In this document: positions 12,973-26,206 of the stretch, piece by piece
Layout: each line of letters begins with the position of its first letter
How positions within the stretch are numbered: the first letter of the stretch is position 1
Assembly: GCA_016748015.1 (NCBI GenBank)
Contig: JAAOMT010000570.1
Location: 376,043-440,042 of the forward strand
DNA: 64,000 nucleotides
Source of the DNA: Geosiphon pyriformis uo1
Taxonomy: Eukaryota > Fungi > Glomeromycota
Direction: 5' to 3'
Made by a program: the position numbers and the translations under genes
Notes under the pieces: model-generated
What the model was told of the DNA's origin: nothing
Seen by the model: only the letters and a program-made list of their open reading frames with translations
The model's database searches: none

Positions 12973-14243
12973 TAAATCTCATGGAATTTGTTCTGGTAGA
13001 ATTAAAGGTAATTGTGTTCCAATTCTGGGTGTTTTTGTTGTTATTACTGGTTTACTGTAATAGAATTTCAGCCGGTTACCATGTGCTGCTTTTCTTAATA
13101 TTTTATCATCTAGTCTTAGCTTGTATGCTCCATTTCCAAGTATTTCGTGAATATAAAATGATCCATCCCACTTGTGATTAAATTTTCCACTCCACTGTTT
13201 TTCCATTTTTGTACGATGCAACAATACTTTATCTCCAATTTTGTAGCTAATTATATTATCTGGTAACTGGTTATCATGTCTCACTTTTTGTTGTTCTTGT
13301 GATTGTTCAATATTTTGTGCTGCTTTTCTTCTTTTGTTTTTTAAAGTTCCCATTAATTCGTATGTTCTTCTAAGTAGTGTTTCCTGGAATGTTGCTTCCA
13401 TGATAGTGTCACTCGGATAAGTTGGGATAGTAAGTTCAACGGGTAATGTGGCTTTTCTTCCATAAACTAGTTCAAACGGTGTGAATTGTGTAATATCTTG
13501 TTTTATTGTTCTATATGCTAATAGTACTGCTGGTATGAACAAATCCCATTCTTTTTCATGTTTGTTACTAATTTTCGCCAGTGATTCGCATAATGTGTGA
13601 TTAAATCTTTCAACTAATCCATTTGTTTGAGGGTGGTATAGTGATGACAGTGGTCGCTTGATTCCAAATTTTTGGCTAAGTTCTTTTAAGGTGCTGTTTA
13701 CGAAGTGTGTGCCTTGATCTGATAGCAATTCTTGTGGACATCCATGTCAGCAAATTAAGTCTTCATGTACAAATTGAGCTACGGAAATAGCATCAGCTGT
13801 TTTAATAGCTCTAGCTTCTGGCCATTTGGTGAGATAGTCCATGGCTACTGCAATATAACGGTTGTTTCTTGTTGTTATTGGTAAGGGTCCAACTAAATCA
13901 ATTCCAATTCTGTCAAATGGCTGTCCAACTTTTATTGGTCTTAATAATTCTGTTGTTTTTGCTCCTTCTCTTTGTTGGCATGGGTCACAATTTCTTATGT
14001 ATTGGATTATGTCTGAGCTCATTTTTGGCCAATAGTAATGGCTAGTTGCACATTAGATGGTTGCTGTTTTTCCAAAGTGGCCTGAATGAATATCTGAGTG
14101 CATGTTAAATAAGATAGTTTCTTTTTCATCCGTGGTTATAACTCTTAATGGATTATCTGGATTTTGTCGATTCCGGTAATAAAGTATGTGATTTTGGATG
14201 AAATAGTGTTTTGCTAATTTTTGGAGCTTAATTAGCTCTTTTA
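12973..14243 (-). pseudogene. B integrase
   Basis: HFG..CDPCQ zinc finger, IGIDLVGPL, SDQG, YHPQTNGLVERFN, WDGSFYI..GAYKL; both ends at assembly gaps. Confidence 0.92.
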
Positions 14244-14263
14244 NNNNNNNNNNNNNNNNNNNN

Positions 14264-17200
14264 CATCTGTGGCCAAAATGAATTTCTTGTTGAAATTCGG
14301 ATAGATCATTATTGGTGATTCAATGAGCTTTTGTCTAAGGTACTCAAAAGCTTTTTGTTGTGCTTCAGTTCATTTAAACTTCACATTTTTAGATAGTGGG
14401 TAATTAAGGGGTTTGGCGATGTTTGAAAAGTTTTCTACAAAGCGGCGGTAGTAAGATGCGAATCCTAAAAAGCTTCTAACTTCTGAAACGTTTCAAGGTA
14501 CTGGAAAATTTTTCACTTTGTCTATTTTTGATGGATCTGGTTTTATTCCATCTTTTCCAACTACGTGTCCTAAAAATGCTAGCTCATTTTTCCCAAAGAA
14601 ACATTTTTCTAGATTTAGTTTAAGTCCAGCGTGTCTCAATCTCTCAAAAACTTGTTGTAAATATTGGAGATGATCCGTGAATTTTGACGAGAAAACATTT
14701 GTATTATCCAAGTAGACAACAACGAATTGCCACAGGATTCCGGAGTAAATTACGTCCATTAGTCTTTGGAATGTTGCGGGAGCATTTGTTAATCCAAATG
14801 GCATTACATTGAACTCATAATTGCCATTTTGTGTTGTGAATGCTGTTTTATGCCTGTCCTTTGGGTCCATTTCCACTTGCCAGTACCCACTAGTCAAGTC
14901 CAGTGTAGAAAACCATTTTGCTCCTCCAAAAACGTCGAAGATTTCGTCAATTAACGGTATTGGGTATGAGTCTTTGGTTGTTTTGCTGTTTAGTTTGTGA
15001 TAGTCGACGCAAAATCTAATTTTTCCGTTCTTTTTCCTTACTAAAACAACTGGTGAGGACCATGGGCTCATTGATAGTTGTATTATTCCTTTTTCCAACA
15101 TGCTTTGGACTTCTTTTCTAATAAAATTATGCTCCATTGGTGGGACACAGTAAGCGCGTTGTTTTTCAGGTCTGGCGTCTCCAGTGGGGATTTGGTGTTG
15201 AACCAAGTTGGTTCTTCCAAATTCGCCATTTCTTGAAAATATATCAGAGTATTTTAAAATTAATGCTTTTAATTGTCGCTGTTGGTCGGGATCCATTGTT
15301 CCAATGTTTAATTTGGCCAATTCTTCTGGTGTAAATTGATAGCATTCTACTGGTTGTTGCCAATTTATTGAAGTGAGTTCACAATAGAGAGCGATTTTTG
15401 GGAAATTTAGAATTTCTTGTGGTGTTGATGCGTTTTCTAGCTCCGTTCCGAGATATCCAATGATGGTATCTTCCGGAATGTAGACGGGTTCTTCTGTGGT
15501 GTTTGCGATAGAAATTTTTATCCATTGAGCTTTATCAGCTGGAATAAAAAGATTAGTAAGTCCTATGAGAAACTGTTGGCAAGTTTCTGGGTAGGGCTCA
15601 AATATTAGGTCTTTTTCTTTAATTGTCCTTTTTATTCTTATTTCTGATTTTCCATATGGTAAGAGCGTGATGGACTGCTCATTTTTAATTACTTCGTCTT
15701 TTTCCTCTATTATTTCAGCGAAATTCGCTTCAATTCCTTTTTCTGTCGATCCGAAACCAAAAGTTTTTCTCGTTGTTTGTGACAATTCCTCACAATTTTC
15801 CACTGGCACAAATTTCCAGTGTATCTGGAGTCAATTACTCCTCCTTGAATGCTTATTCCTTTTTTCGCGAGGCTTGATCGCGACACCATTTGAACCATTA
15901 TTCCTGGCGGAATTTCAACCGCTATTTTTAGGTCGATTTTGGTGATGCTCCTGGGTGGTAACATTGTGGATTGGTCTTCCGGATAACGTAGATCGAATCC
16001 GGTGTCAGTTGGATGGGCTCTTTCAGGTATTATTCCTAAGTGCCCATTGTCGAAGTATCGAATGTCGGTCACCTGTTCTAGGTCGGTATAGGCTACAAAT
16101 TTTTCTGACTTGGGACCGTCAGGTGAGTCTTGTTGATTTATTGATTGATTTTGAGACTGCTGATTCTCAATTTCCATTTTTTTTTCTAAGTCTTTTTCGT
16201 CTTGACACTCTTCACAGCACTGACTTTGGCATGGAATGAGACAGTTTTCGCAGAGGTAAGTGTTGATTTGGGTGAGGTATTGTTCTTGTTCTTGTCGAGT
16301 GGAGCATAGTTGTTGGTAGTAGTCCTGGATTTTGTCCACTGGGTCAAACATGTTGTAGCTGGCGACTTCGTCGGCTACTTCGGCTGACTCTTTCCAACGT
16401 TGTATTTCTTTGGCGGTTCCTTCTCTTACTTTGGCTTGTGTGGTGTTGTACAACTCGTCCTCGTCGTGTGGGTAGTGCTGTAGTCTTTTTAACGCTCTGT
16501 TGAACGCTGCTTCGAATGGCATTCCTCCTCTTACCCAGTCACAGATGAGGATCATGTATTGGCAAGTTGCGTCACACGTTCCTCCTCTGCCTGGTAAGTC
16601 GTTCCAGTCGCACTCTCTTGGTAACGGTTCTCCACAAGCGAGGCACGGTTCCTCGTCCCATTTTCCATGTCTTTTTGGGTAACCGTATTTTTCTTTGTTA
16701 CAACGGTTACAATAGTAGTGGGTGGGGTTTCTTGGGTCTTCGTCCGGTGTGCTGCACGCAGTGATAGACGAGAGTTTCTTCTTGCAAACTGAGCATTCTA
16801 GCTTTGGTCTGCGCCGCTGGTGGTTTCTTCGTGAACTTACCTGGTTCCATTCGGATCTTTCTTCGCTGGTCCACATTGGTATGGCTGGTAGTTCTGTTCT
16901 TTGGTCATCAGCCCAAGAGAGCTAATAGGTTTCGATGGCTAGTAGTGCTGGATTTTCCTCAAATTCGAAGATAGGTCTTTGGTTGGCGCTGGATTTTTGG
17001 AAGTGGCCACAGGTGGCTGGAATTTTGGCCTGGTGGCCATTATAATTGATCAGAAGCTCTTGGGTGGTCCAGTCTAGGGTGGTGTTGGCTTTTGTTAGCC
17101 AGTCATTCCCTACTAACACTTGATATTGTGTAGTGTCCATTACTAATACTTTTGTAGGTATTACTATGCCGTTAATTTCGAAAGGAAATGAGTTGATTTC

Positions 17201-19513
17201 GCCATAAGGCAGCTTTGTACTTCCATTGGCTGTTATGATTTGGGACGTCGCGGCACGATCAACTTTGAAACCCAGTTGGTTTACTAGTTGAAGCGTTACG
17301 ATGCTTCCAGTGGATCCGCTGTCTAAGATAAGTTTTATTGGGATATTGTTTACAGTGGCTTCCGTATACATAGCAGTGATTGGGTGTTTTTCGTCCAATG
17401 CTGCTCCACTGAACATAGCCTCGTTTTCCTCTAATTCAAAAGGAAAAATAGCTGCGAGGCTGCTATCTTCAGTGGCAACTGCTGGTGGTATTGTCTGGCT
17501 CAATTTGGAAGAATTCTTGGTTCTGTTTATGTTTCTACCATCATTGTTTCCGATGATCAGGTTTTCCGGTATATTAAGGTAAGTTTGTTGATAATTTTGG
17601 TAGTTTAGATTGGTTTGCTGATTGGTTCCGGCGTGGTTTGGATTCCTCTGGACCAACGCGTTTTGGTTCCACATGGGCTGATTTTGGGCCTCGGGACGCC
17701 AATTCGGGTTGGCTATCATGGGCTGTTGCTGGTAAGCTCCTTGATTTTGATACATGGTGGGATATTGGCGTGGTATTGGCGTGTACTGGTTTCTGGGCAT
17801 TTGGGGTGGCGCGTAGTAATTATTTTCGCATGCTTCCTGCATCATTCGTGTTTGACATTGACTAATCAAATGTCCTACGCATTTGCAAAAATGGCAGGCA
17901 CGTGTTTCTGTTCTGAATTCCTGGCGCGACGAGCGATTATTTCGACTGTCGCTGACTTCCTGGCTGCGTTTTTGGGGTGGTTGGTATGTATTTTTTCTCG
18001 GATCCGGGATGAGGTAACTTTCTATTTTCTTAGAGAATTCTTCCCTTAATCACGTTACTCTTTTCTCTAATGTTTCTGTCTTATTTTTCTCCATTACCAT
18101 GTTAACCATTTGACTATGATTAGCTTCTTTCTCAGCTGATTCAAGGGCTCTGGCGAGCGTAACAGCTTCTGGTAAGGAATTAGGGTGGGCAGGGCGTACT
18201 CTTCCTAAAATGCTGCTTTTTAATCCTCTAATAAACTGATTTAAAACCTGAGGATCAGTGTAGTATCCTTGTTCAATCGCTTCAATCTGACGGCGAATTC
18301 GATTGAATCGAGCAAGGTATTGGGTAACAGTTTCACTGGTATTTTGCTTGATAGTATTGAATTCATTCTGTAGTTGGATTATGGCGTTTGGGTCGCTAAA
18401 ATACTCCAGGAGTGCATTTTTAAATTTGGCGAAGCTCATGGGTTTTGTTTCTAGGCTTTGATACCACGAGTCGGCTGTGCCTTTCAGGAAGAAAGGTAAT
18501 GTTTAAATTGCTCTTTGGTCATTCCAGTTATTTGCCTGGATGGTTTTTTGTGCTTCTCTGAGCCATGTGTGCACGTCCGTTTCTTCTTCTTCTCCTGAGA
18601 AATCTGTTAGTCTTGTAATATATGGTGTGGTCATTTCGTTGCCGTTTTCTGCTAGTGGGTTTATTGGTCTAAGAGGAGGTGGGATGATATTTCCTTGAGT
18701 GTTCCTAAAGGTGGCTTCCCTTATATCCGGTTCTTCCTCTTGATCACGAGTTTCTTGGTTTCTGGACTGGCTGCTTGTTCCAGTGACTGGTCTTGTGATT
18801 GTTTTTTCACTGGTCTCTTTTTCAGATTCTGATTCAGACTCCTCTTCACGGTTTTCAAACCCTGTTCTAAATTTTGGCTGAAAAAGAGGGTTTTGGAATA
18901 GTGATGAATATCCTCCTGTAATTGGTATGTCTCCCCAGTTACGTTGTTTAATTTTATCAATATAACTAGGAGTTCTTGGTGTTTGTGGAGTTGATGTTGA
19001 TGATGATGCAGCTCCTAATGGAATTTGTATCTTATTTTCTGGTGAAAAATGGTATGATTTATCTTCTGGTGAATAAATACATTGTTTCTTTATTGATTGA
19101 GTGACAGTTTTCTTTGGCGTTTAAGCTGGTGTTTCTAGTTTTTGCTGGTTACTTTCCTGATTAGTTTCTAAATTTTCTTTGGTTTTGTTGGCGCGTTCCC
19201 TAGTGTTTCTTGTGGATATTAGAAAATTTTCATTGGCGTATTGCTCAATTTCTCGATGGATTTTGACAATAGTTGCGGCTATTACTGCTACTTTTTTTGT
19301 AGTGTATTGTGATAATTCTCTATACAATCCAAGTTTTGCGTCGTGTGGTTCTTCTTCCTTTCCTATATGATAATTTATTCTGGCGTTGATATAATAAGTG
19401 AGGGCAGATTCTGCTGGACAACACCCTTCTGGTAATCCAAGATCACTTTGATTTTGTGTGTAAATAGCATGGCAGAATTCAAGAACAGTAAGATTAGGGG
19501 TTTTTGTCGCCAC
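14264..19513 (-). pseudogene. B gag-pol (Gag-PR-Cys-rich-dUTPase-RT-RNase H), one frame apart from a deletion in dUTPase
   Basis: ORF pieces starting 19513, 18439, 17869 and 16876 share a frame; CHFCK..GH..SQC knuckle, LDSGS, DTGFDL, RSSLA, GFGST, FCVDY, LDLTSGYWQV, MPFGL. Confidence 0.92.
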
Positions 19514-19576
19514 TTTTGTCTTTTCCTTTTTAGCAATGAATTATTGCTAATTATTATTTCCTTTTTGATTTTCTTT

Positions 19577-19593
19577 CCTCGTAGGGTTCACCA
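19577..19593 (-). other. Primer binding site of B (TGGTGAACCCTACGAGG)
   Basis: TGG-initiated 17-mer, 2 nt from the 5' LTR end. Confidence 0.8.
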
Positions 19594-20471
19594 AATGTTA
19601 CGGGATGGTTTTCTTATTATATTTAATTGCTGATATCCCACTTTAATTGCAATCAGTCTTTCGTGAGTTCCTCAGTTCTATTTGTGTGATAATGTCACTG
19701 TTACACTGAAGGCTTTCTTTTTACTGTTGCGATGTAAGTTATTCTTTAATTCTTGATTGTTATGTGTGTTTATGTACTCCTTTTCAGAGGCTGAACTGAA
19801 ATCTACCCACTGTCTGGGGTCTTCTCTGAGGCTATCCTTGCAATTGCCTGATGTGTTTCTCTAATCTAAAAACACAGAATGTTAATGGTCTTTAGTGCTT
19901 TTCTAATTCTCACAATAAAGCTTTTATCAATTAGTAACAACGTGAATAATCTTGATCAAGGATTATTCTTCCAAGGGATTCAGTTGATGAATGATAGTTT
20001 CATTCAATAAATAATACAAGTAAGTTTCTTAATACTTTGGGTTGTGATAGTTCAGTTTTAAATATTCTTTTTCATTTCTTTTTGATTTTAAAGGTTTCTT
20101 GGGATATTTAATTTGAAAGTATGATTTAAAGTGGAGTTTGTTGGATAAAATTGGATCTATTGCTTGATAAGTTATGATTTTTATTACTTGATTGATTATT
20201 TCCCAATATTAAAACTACTGTATATATACATGTTTGTAGTTCTATGAGAAAATACTTTCTTTTTGATATTTCAACCTGGTGTTTGCTGCTATCACCAGTT
20301 GGTGTTGGCTGCTATTGTGAACTGGTGCTTGCTACTATCGCGAGATGGTGTTTGCTACTATGTTAATCATTACCTTTCTAAGATTATTACTGTGCTATAT
20401 TATGATTGAATAGTTTGTATTATTTTTATGATTCTTTTTTCTAAATTCTTAAACTGTAACACTGTAATATT

Positions 20472-20488
20472 TGGTGCTCCCTGTGAGG
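20472..20488 (+). other. Primer binding site of C, complementary to the elongator tRNA-Met 3' end
   Basis: TGGTGCTCCCTGTGAGG, identical to the family A PBS; complement CCUCACAGGGAGCACCA resembles eukaryotic elongator tRNA-Met 3' ends. Confidence 0.8.
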
Positions 20489-21649
20489 TATAATCCTATA
20501 GAGAACCAGCACCAACAAACACCATCCAAAAATGGCAGAATCAGAAAATATAGGAGCAAACCATTTAGGATTTGCAAAATTCTTATTTCAACACTATTGT
20601 TAACACTTGGAATTAAACCACAATCATATATCCACTGAATCAGCCTTCAATTTTTATGTCAACAAAAAGATTTCCTCTTTATTAAAAACACCAGTGAATA
20701 CTGAATCAGCAAGAGAAACTTTCTATAGGGAGTTAATTCACAACACCAACCTGCCAACAAATCATAATTTCGCATCTATCATCACTGAGATCAACAAGGA
20801 AATTAAACACCACATTCAACAAAGATATTCAATTATATATGCTAATAAAAGCAAGGGAAAACTACAAACACCAGCAGTAACATCCAGAAAAATACAGCCA
20901 TCTACTTGGAAGAAAAACAGAATTGAATCCCCAAGCAACCCATCCTACCACTATACACCTGAAAGTGCCATCAACATATTGTTACAGTTGAAACACATAG
21001 TTTTTATTAATTATCACATGTATTAGCCACTGATGTCATATAATTAGCCACCCTATTTTTAGATAGTGATCGTTGACCACTTTAGATAGCTATATAAGCG
21101 ATAATTCTCTTAGCTGTAAAAAAACATGATTAAAGTAATGAAATAAACAATATCAATTACTTCCTCTCATAATTGCTTATTCCCCTTTCCTTACCTTCAA
21201 GTATCTATTTGTTGGCATTCACATACCTTATCTTTTCCCCTTCTTGATTTGTATTTGTTAGAATTAGCCTAAGAAGCAATTGGCTTGCTCTTGTAATTCA
21301 TTGAATAAAGAAATGATTAAAAAGCACAATGATACCTGTTATTGATTTTAAGAATCGCTGAGTTGAGGCATAGAATAATAGCAGCAGTGTTATCTTGTTG
21401 ACAATTATGGACTATTCCTCTACCTTCAGATTTAAGAAAAGATTAGCAACTGTGATTTTTATGAGACTGATCACACACATTGAATTCCTACTTATTCAAT
21501 TTGCTCCCTTATTGTAATTCCTTCTTTGTTTATTTCCATCACCCTACAATACTGTTCTCTCTTGCTATCCATTAGCTTGTTACTCCAACCCGTAACATAA
21601 AAGTGGTGCTCCCTGTGAGGTTGTCAAAATTCACTTATTCCCTCATTGT

Positions 21650-23203
21650 ATGGGTGATTACTCATATCTGCCACAGCAATCAGAAGAACACTTTGTAGTA
21701 CACAACAGAAACGACCAAAGTTTCATTGAACTTAATTTTCTGCCCTCCTGCTTGATCTGCTTCTCCCTTGAAGAACAATCTAGTAGACAATTCCAAGACT
21801 TTTGGAACTGGTTCCTGAACGAGCATTTAGCTGAAACCTATACAGCTTATACAACTTATTACTTTGACCAAGCTTATTTTGAAAATGACTTTGAAGAAAG
21901 AAACAACAGTATCAATCAGCTCTTATATTCTGCAACCTTTGAACAACAGCCCCCTGATTTCGAATATCTGAATCATCAAATCCATATTTGGATTGCTGGC
22001 CATCAAACAATTGAAACTCTCTTTGAAACAGAAGAAGAAAGCTACCAAACTGTTCCTGTTTTTGATCTTTTATCAAGCAAATCAGACTCGTCTACACAAA
22101 CAGTTACCCCTGAACCAATGGTTAATGACCCCATGCAAGTAAACATTCTGGCTGCCCTCCAAGGTATACAAACTGCTCTAAGGCAAAGAAACAACACCCC
22201 AATACTATTATTTAGAGGTGATGCACAAGATCCAATTAAATGGTTGGATGACTTTGAAAGAGCTGTTACAACCAATCAATATTATGATGAGTACAAGTTC
22301 CAAATCATTGGTGGCTACCTTCAAAAATCTCCTGCTACCTGGTTCTCACAAGAAACAGATGCCAATGCCCAGCAAAGAATCATTAGATGGACATCAGCAA
22401 ATGTGGGAGATATCAATACTTCTTTCACTACCCAATTTGAAAACAAGTTCAGAACCCCAATATTAATATCAAAATGGCATATGGAATTGGAAAGAAGAAC
22501 CCAAGGTCCCAGTGAAGTTGTAACCAAATATGCCAAAGCAATCAGAAAGTTAATCAAACGAGTAGACACTGGAAGAAATTGGACAGAAGAGCAGAAAATT
22601 CATTTCTTCACAAAAGGATTGAGAACTAATCTATCGTATGCTCTTTGGCCCCTCCTGGCCCTGAAAGATAATCTCACCATAGATATGGCCATTGAATTAG
22701 CACAAAGAATTGAAGACAACCAAAGGATGCACTTGGGATCCACACTACCAGTTTTTGCTCCTGTTCCTGTCATGGCTCCTGCCCCTCAAATGGCTGCTAC
22801 TTCTTTTGCCACTCACACTCAAGATCCAAATGAACAGTTAATAGACAGACTCACAGCAAATCTTGCTCGGTTATTAGAACCCTTAACCCAAACAGTCAGA
22901 GAAAATTAGCAACCACAAAGACCCAGATTTGAACCACACTTCAATCAGCCCCAGCAACCACCTTATCAAAGACAACAAAATTGTGGCCCACCTGTATGCT
23001 ATTGCTGTGGATTAACTGGACACTTTTCAAGAGATTGCAACAATCCTCCACTACCTCCACCAGTTCCCAGAAACAATGATGCTCAGAACAACAGACCCAA
23101 TAACAACAATGTGCCCAACCAAAAACCCAATCATGCCAACATCAATTTCTTTGGAGAAGATCTTCTAGTTGAAGCCACTGTTTATCAGCCTTTAAACTAG
23201 TAG
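21650..23203 (+). pseudogene. A2 gag
   Basis: 419-aa ORF plus continuation with CCHC knuckle up to the slippery site at 23191-23197. Confidence 0.9.
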
Positions 23204-25884
23204 GCACACCTCCAAAGGGTGAGAGTGCAAACCAACCAGAAGAAAACCCCTTTTATGCTTTTAACTTAACTGATGATGACCATGACATGAATAAATTAGC
23301 AATTAACCCCTCTGAATCCACAAGAAAGAAAAAAAAAGCCAAAGTTGATTTTGTTCTAGACCCCAATAAAGCTTCTACATCAACTGCTGACAACAATAAG
23401 CCCCCAAAAGCCAAAGTTTTCAAGAACTCTCCAAAGTTGGAACCCCCAGAAATAGTACAAAAATCCGGTCCCTATTCTGTTGTCAAAGACCTTATAGAAA
23501 CCCCAGCACATATAATCTTTGGCCAATTGATGACCCATTCACAATTCAGAAAAGATCTTTGCAAATCTCTGATTTCAAAGAAAAAGACACCTAAAACCAA
23601 TAAACGCCCTTGCCAAGCTGGACTTGCTGACAATAGCAATGTCACTCCTCTAATTTGTAAAGCCCAAGTGGCTGGCTACTTCATCAATTTGATCCTAGAC
23701 AGTGAATCATCTGTTAGTGTTATCGCCAAACACTTTCTTGAAGCAATTGGCAGAAAAATTGATGAACCATTCACATGACCAATGACCAATGTGTATGGTG
23801 ATAAGAAAAAAGGGCTTGGCATAGCCAAAGCTATTCCTGTTCGCATCAATGGCATCAGCATTGAAACTGATATGGAAGTGTCTGAAGCAAAAGAATACAC
23901 CATTACTGTTGGCAATAAATGGCTCAAGAAAGCAAAGGCTTTGCTTGATTATGAACTCTGTAAACTAACCATCAGATGTGGTGAGAAACCCATTGTGGTT
24001 AAGTGTCACCATTGGACAACTCCCCCAGTACCCAAGCAGAGCCCAGAAGAAAATGAATCAGATGAATCAGATGATGAAGAAAGTGAGGAAGAAGAAAAAC
24101 AAGAAGAACAAGAAGAAACTGCTGAACTCGCCTATACCATCTTCACTAGCAATGGCAAACCACTAGATAATGTCAAGGCAGATAAAGAAGGAATTATTGT
24201 CAATGGCAAGCTGATCTGCTGGCCTTATTATGACATGCTCAGAAGAACCTTTGACAGAAAACCAGGCAAAAAAGCCAAATACAGTTATTGGTGGCATGGT
24301 TCTTGTGCCCGGTGCTGGTGCGACAAACCATTGTACTCTCCTAGCAATGAATGCATGTCCTGTCTGATCTATTACAAAGATTGAGAACTAATCAGCTTGA
24401 TACTCCGAAAGGAAATAAAAGAAGTCCAAAAGTCCTTTGAAAACAAACCACCTGAAATCCAATCACTGGTTGTAGAACAAAGAGAACCTTCTTCAAAAGA
24501 AAGAAAAGTAGACATTGAAAACCTGCTGGCTAGAAACAGCCCAGTTATCTCAAAAGAAGGTGAACCTCCTGAATGTACACATGTAATACAATACACTATC
24601 ATCACCAGAGAAACTTGCCCCATCCATTTGAAGTCCTATCAATCCAACAGGCACAATGATGAGTTTATCAAAAAAGAAATAACCCGAATGAAAACCTTTG
24701 GATTCATACAGGAAACCAAGAGTGAATGGGCATTCCCAGTTGTAGTGGTATTCAAGAAAGGAGGAACCCTACGCTTTTGTGTTGACTATCGCCAATTAAA
24801 TGCCATTACTGAAAGAGACATATACCCACTTCCCAAGATTGATGCAATGCTAGACCAATTCCATGGTGCCACTTTTTTCTCAACCATTGACTTAACTGCT
24901 GGATTCTGGCAAGTAGAGATGAATTCAGAAAGCAGAAAGAAAACTGCCTTTATCACCAAATATGGTACCTACGAATTCACAGTCATGCCTTTTGGTCTTA
25001 TAAATGCCCCTCCCATATTTCAATGCTTAATGAACAAAGTATTTAAATCAGTAAAAGAAAACTTTGTTCTAGTTTACTTGAATGACATAATGATATACTC
25101 AAAAACCTGGGATGAACACCTTGAACATTTGCAAAAGGTTTTTGACCTCCTTAGAAATGCTGGTCTTAAGATCAATCCAATCAAATCATTCTTTGAACGT
25201 TAATTCACCCAGTTTCTTGGCCATCTTATTACAAAAGATGGAATCTTCCCTGATCTAGCCAAAATTGAAAAAGTTCAAAACATTAGACAACCAATGAATG
25301 TTCATGAACTATGCTTTTTTCTTGGTTTGGCCTCCTATTATTGCAAGTTTGTCAAGGATTTCTCCAAAATCGCTGCTCCTCTCAATCAGCTACTTAGAAA
25401 AAACATCAATCATTACAGGAGCACTCATCAACAAAAAGCATTTGAAATTCTGAAGGAAAAACTGGTTACAGAACCCATCCTCATGCAACCTAATTTGGAT
25501 CAACCTTTTATCCTCTACACTGATACATCTGGCTATAGACTTGGTGCTGTTCTTTCCCAAAAAGATGAAGATAACAGAGAACATGCTATAGCATATGCCA
25601 GTAGAACTCTTACACCAGCAGAAAGGAACTACTCAGTCATTGAGCAGGAATGCTTAGCAGTAGTTTGGGCTACCAGCTACTGGGACAAATATCTTAAGGA
25701 TGTGAAATTTTTGGTGGTAACAGATCACCAAGCTTTGGTTTGGCTATGCAACAAAAGAAACCTGGAACATAAACGGATAACTCGCTGGATACTCCACTTG
25801 GACGAATTTGACTATGACATTCAACACCGCAAAGGAGCTAATCATCAAAACACTGACGCTCTCTCCAGACTTACCATCCAGTGA
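23191..25884 (+). pseudogene. A2 pol (PR-RT-RNase H)
   Basis: Protease, FCVDY/YPLPKID/MPFGL RT motifs, RNase H ending DALSRLTIQ*. Confidence 0.92.
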
Positions 25885-25949
25885 TAGTAAAACCCTCTCA
25901 AACCAAACCAACTTAATTATTTGTAACTCCCCCACAAACAAACACAATA

Positions 25950-26206
25950 ATGGACTTGGACAACTACTCTGCTTTAATGAAATTTTTGGGTAAAGGACAA
26001 TACCCGCCAAACTATACTTGACAGCAAAGAGAACATTTGCGCAAACAATCAAATTTCTATTTGATTCACCAGAACCAGTTATATAAAAGAAATAGAAAAG
26101 ATCCTGACCGCCCCCAGAGAGTCATTAGATTTGAAGAAAGAGAAATTGTGATCTACAATATGTACACTGATCCATTAGCTGGACACTTTGGAAAAACAAA
26201 AACAAT
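25950..26206 (+). pseudogene. A2 integrase 5' part (rest in assembly gap)
   Basis: MDLDNYSALM...PLAGHFGKTKT. Confidence 0.8.

Larger units (their letters stand above)
11322..20461 (-). mobile_element. Ty3/Gypsy element B (young; about 98% LTR identity), inserted in the last bases of the C 5' LTR
   Basis: TSD CTGT at 11318-11321 and 20462-20465; 866-bp LTRs at 11322-12187 and 19596-20461; PBS 19577-19593; PPT 12188-12202. Confidence 0.95.

Noticed and set aside
15137-18049. Multiple antisense ORFs over B pol (similar ones over A, C, D)
   Set aside because: Shadow ORFs of coding sequence; no motifs and inconsistent between families.
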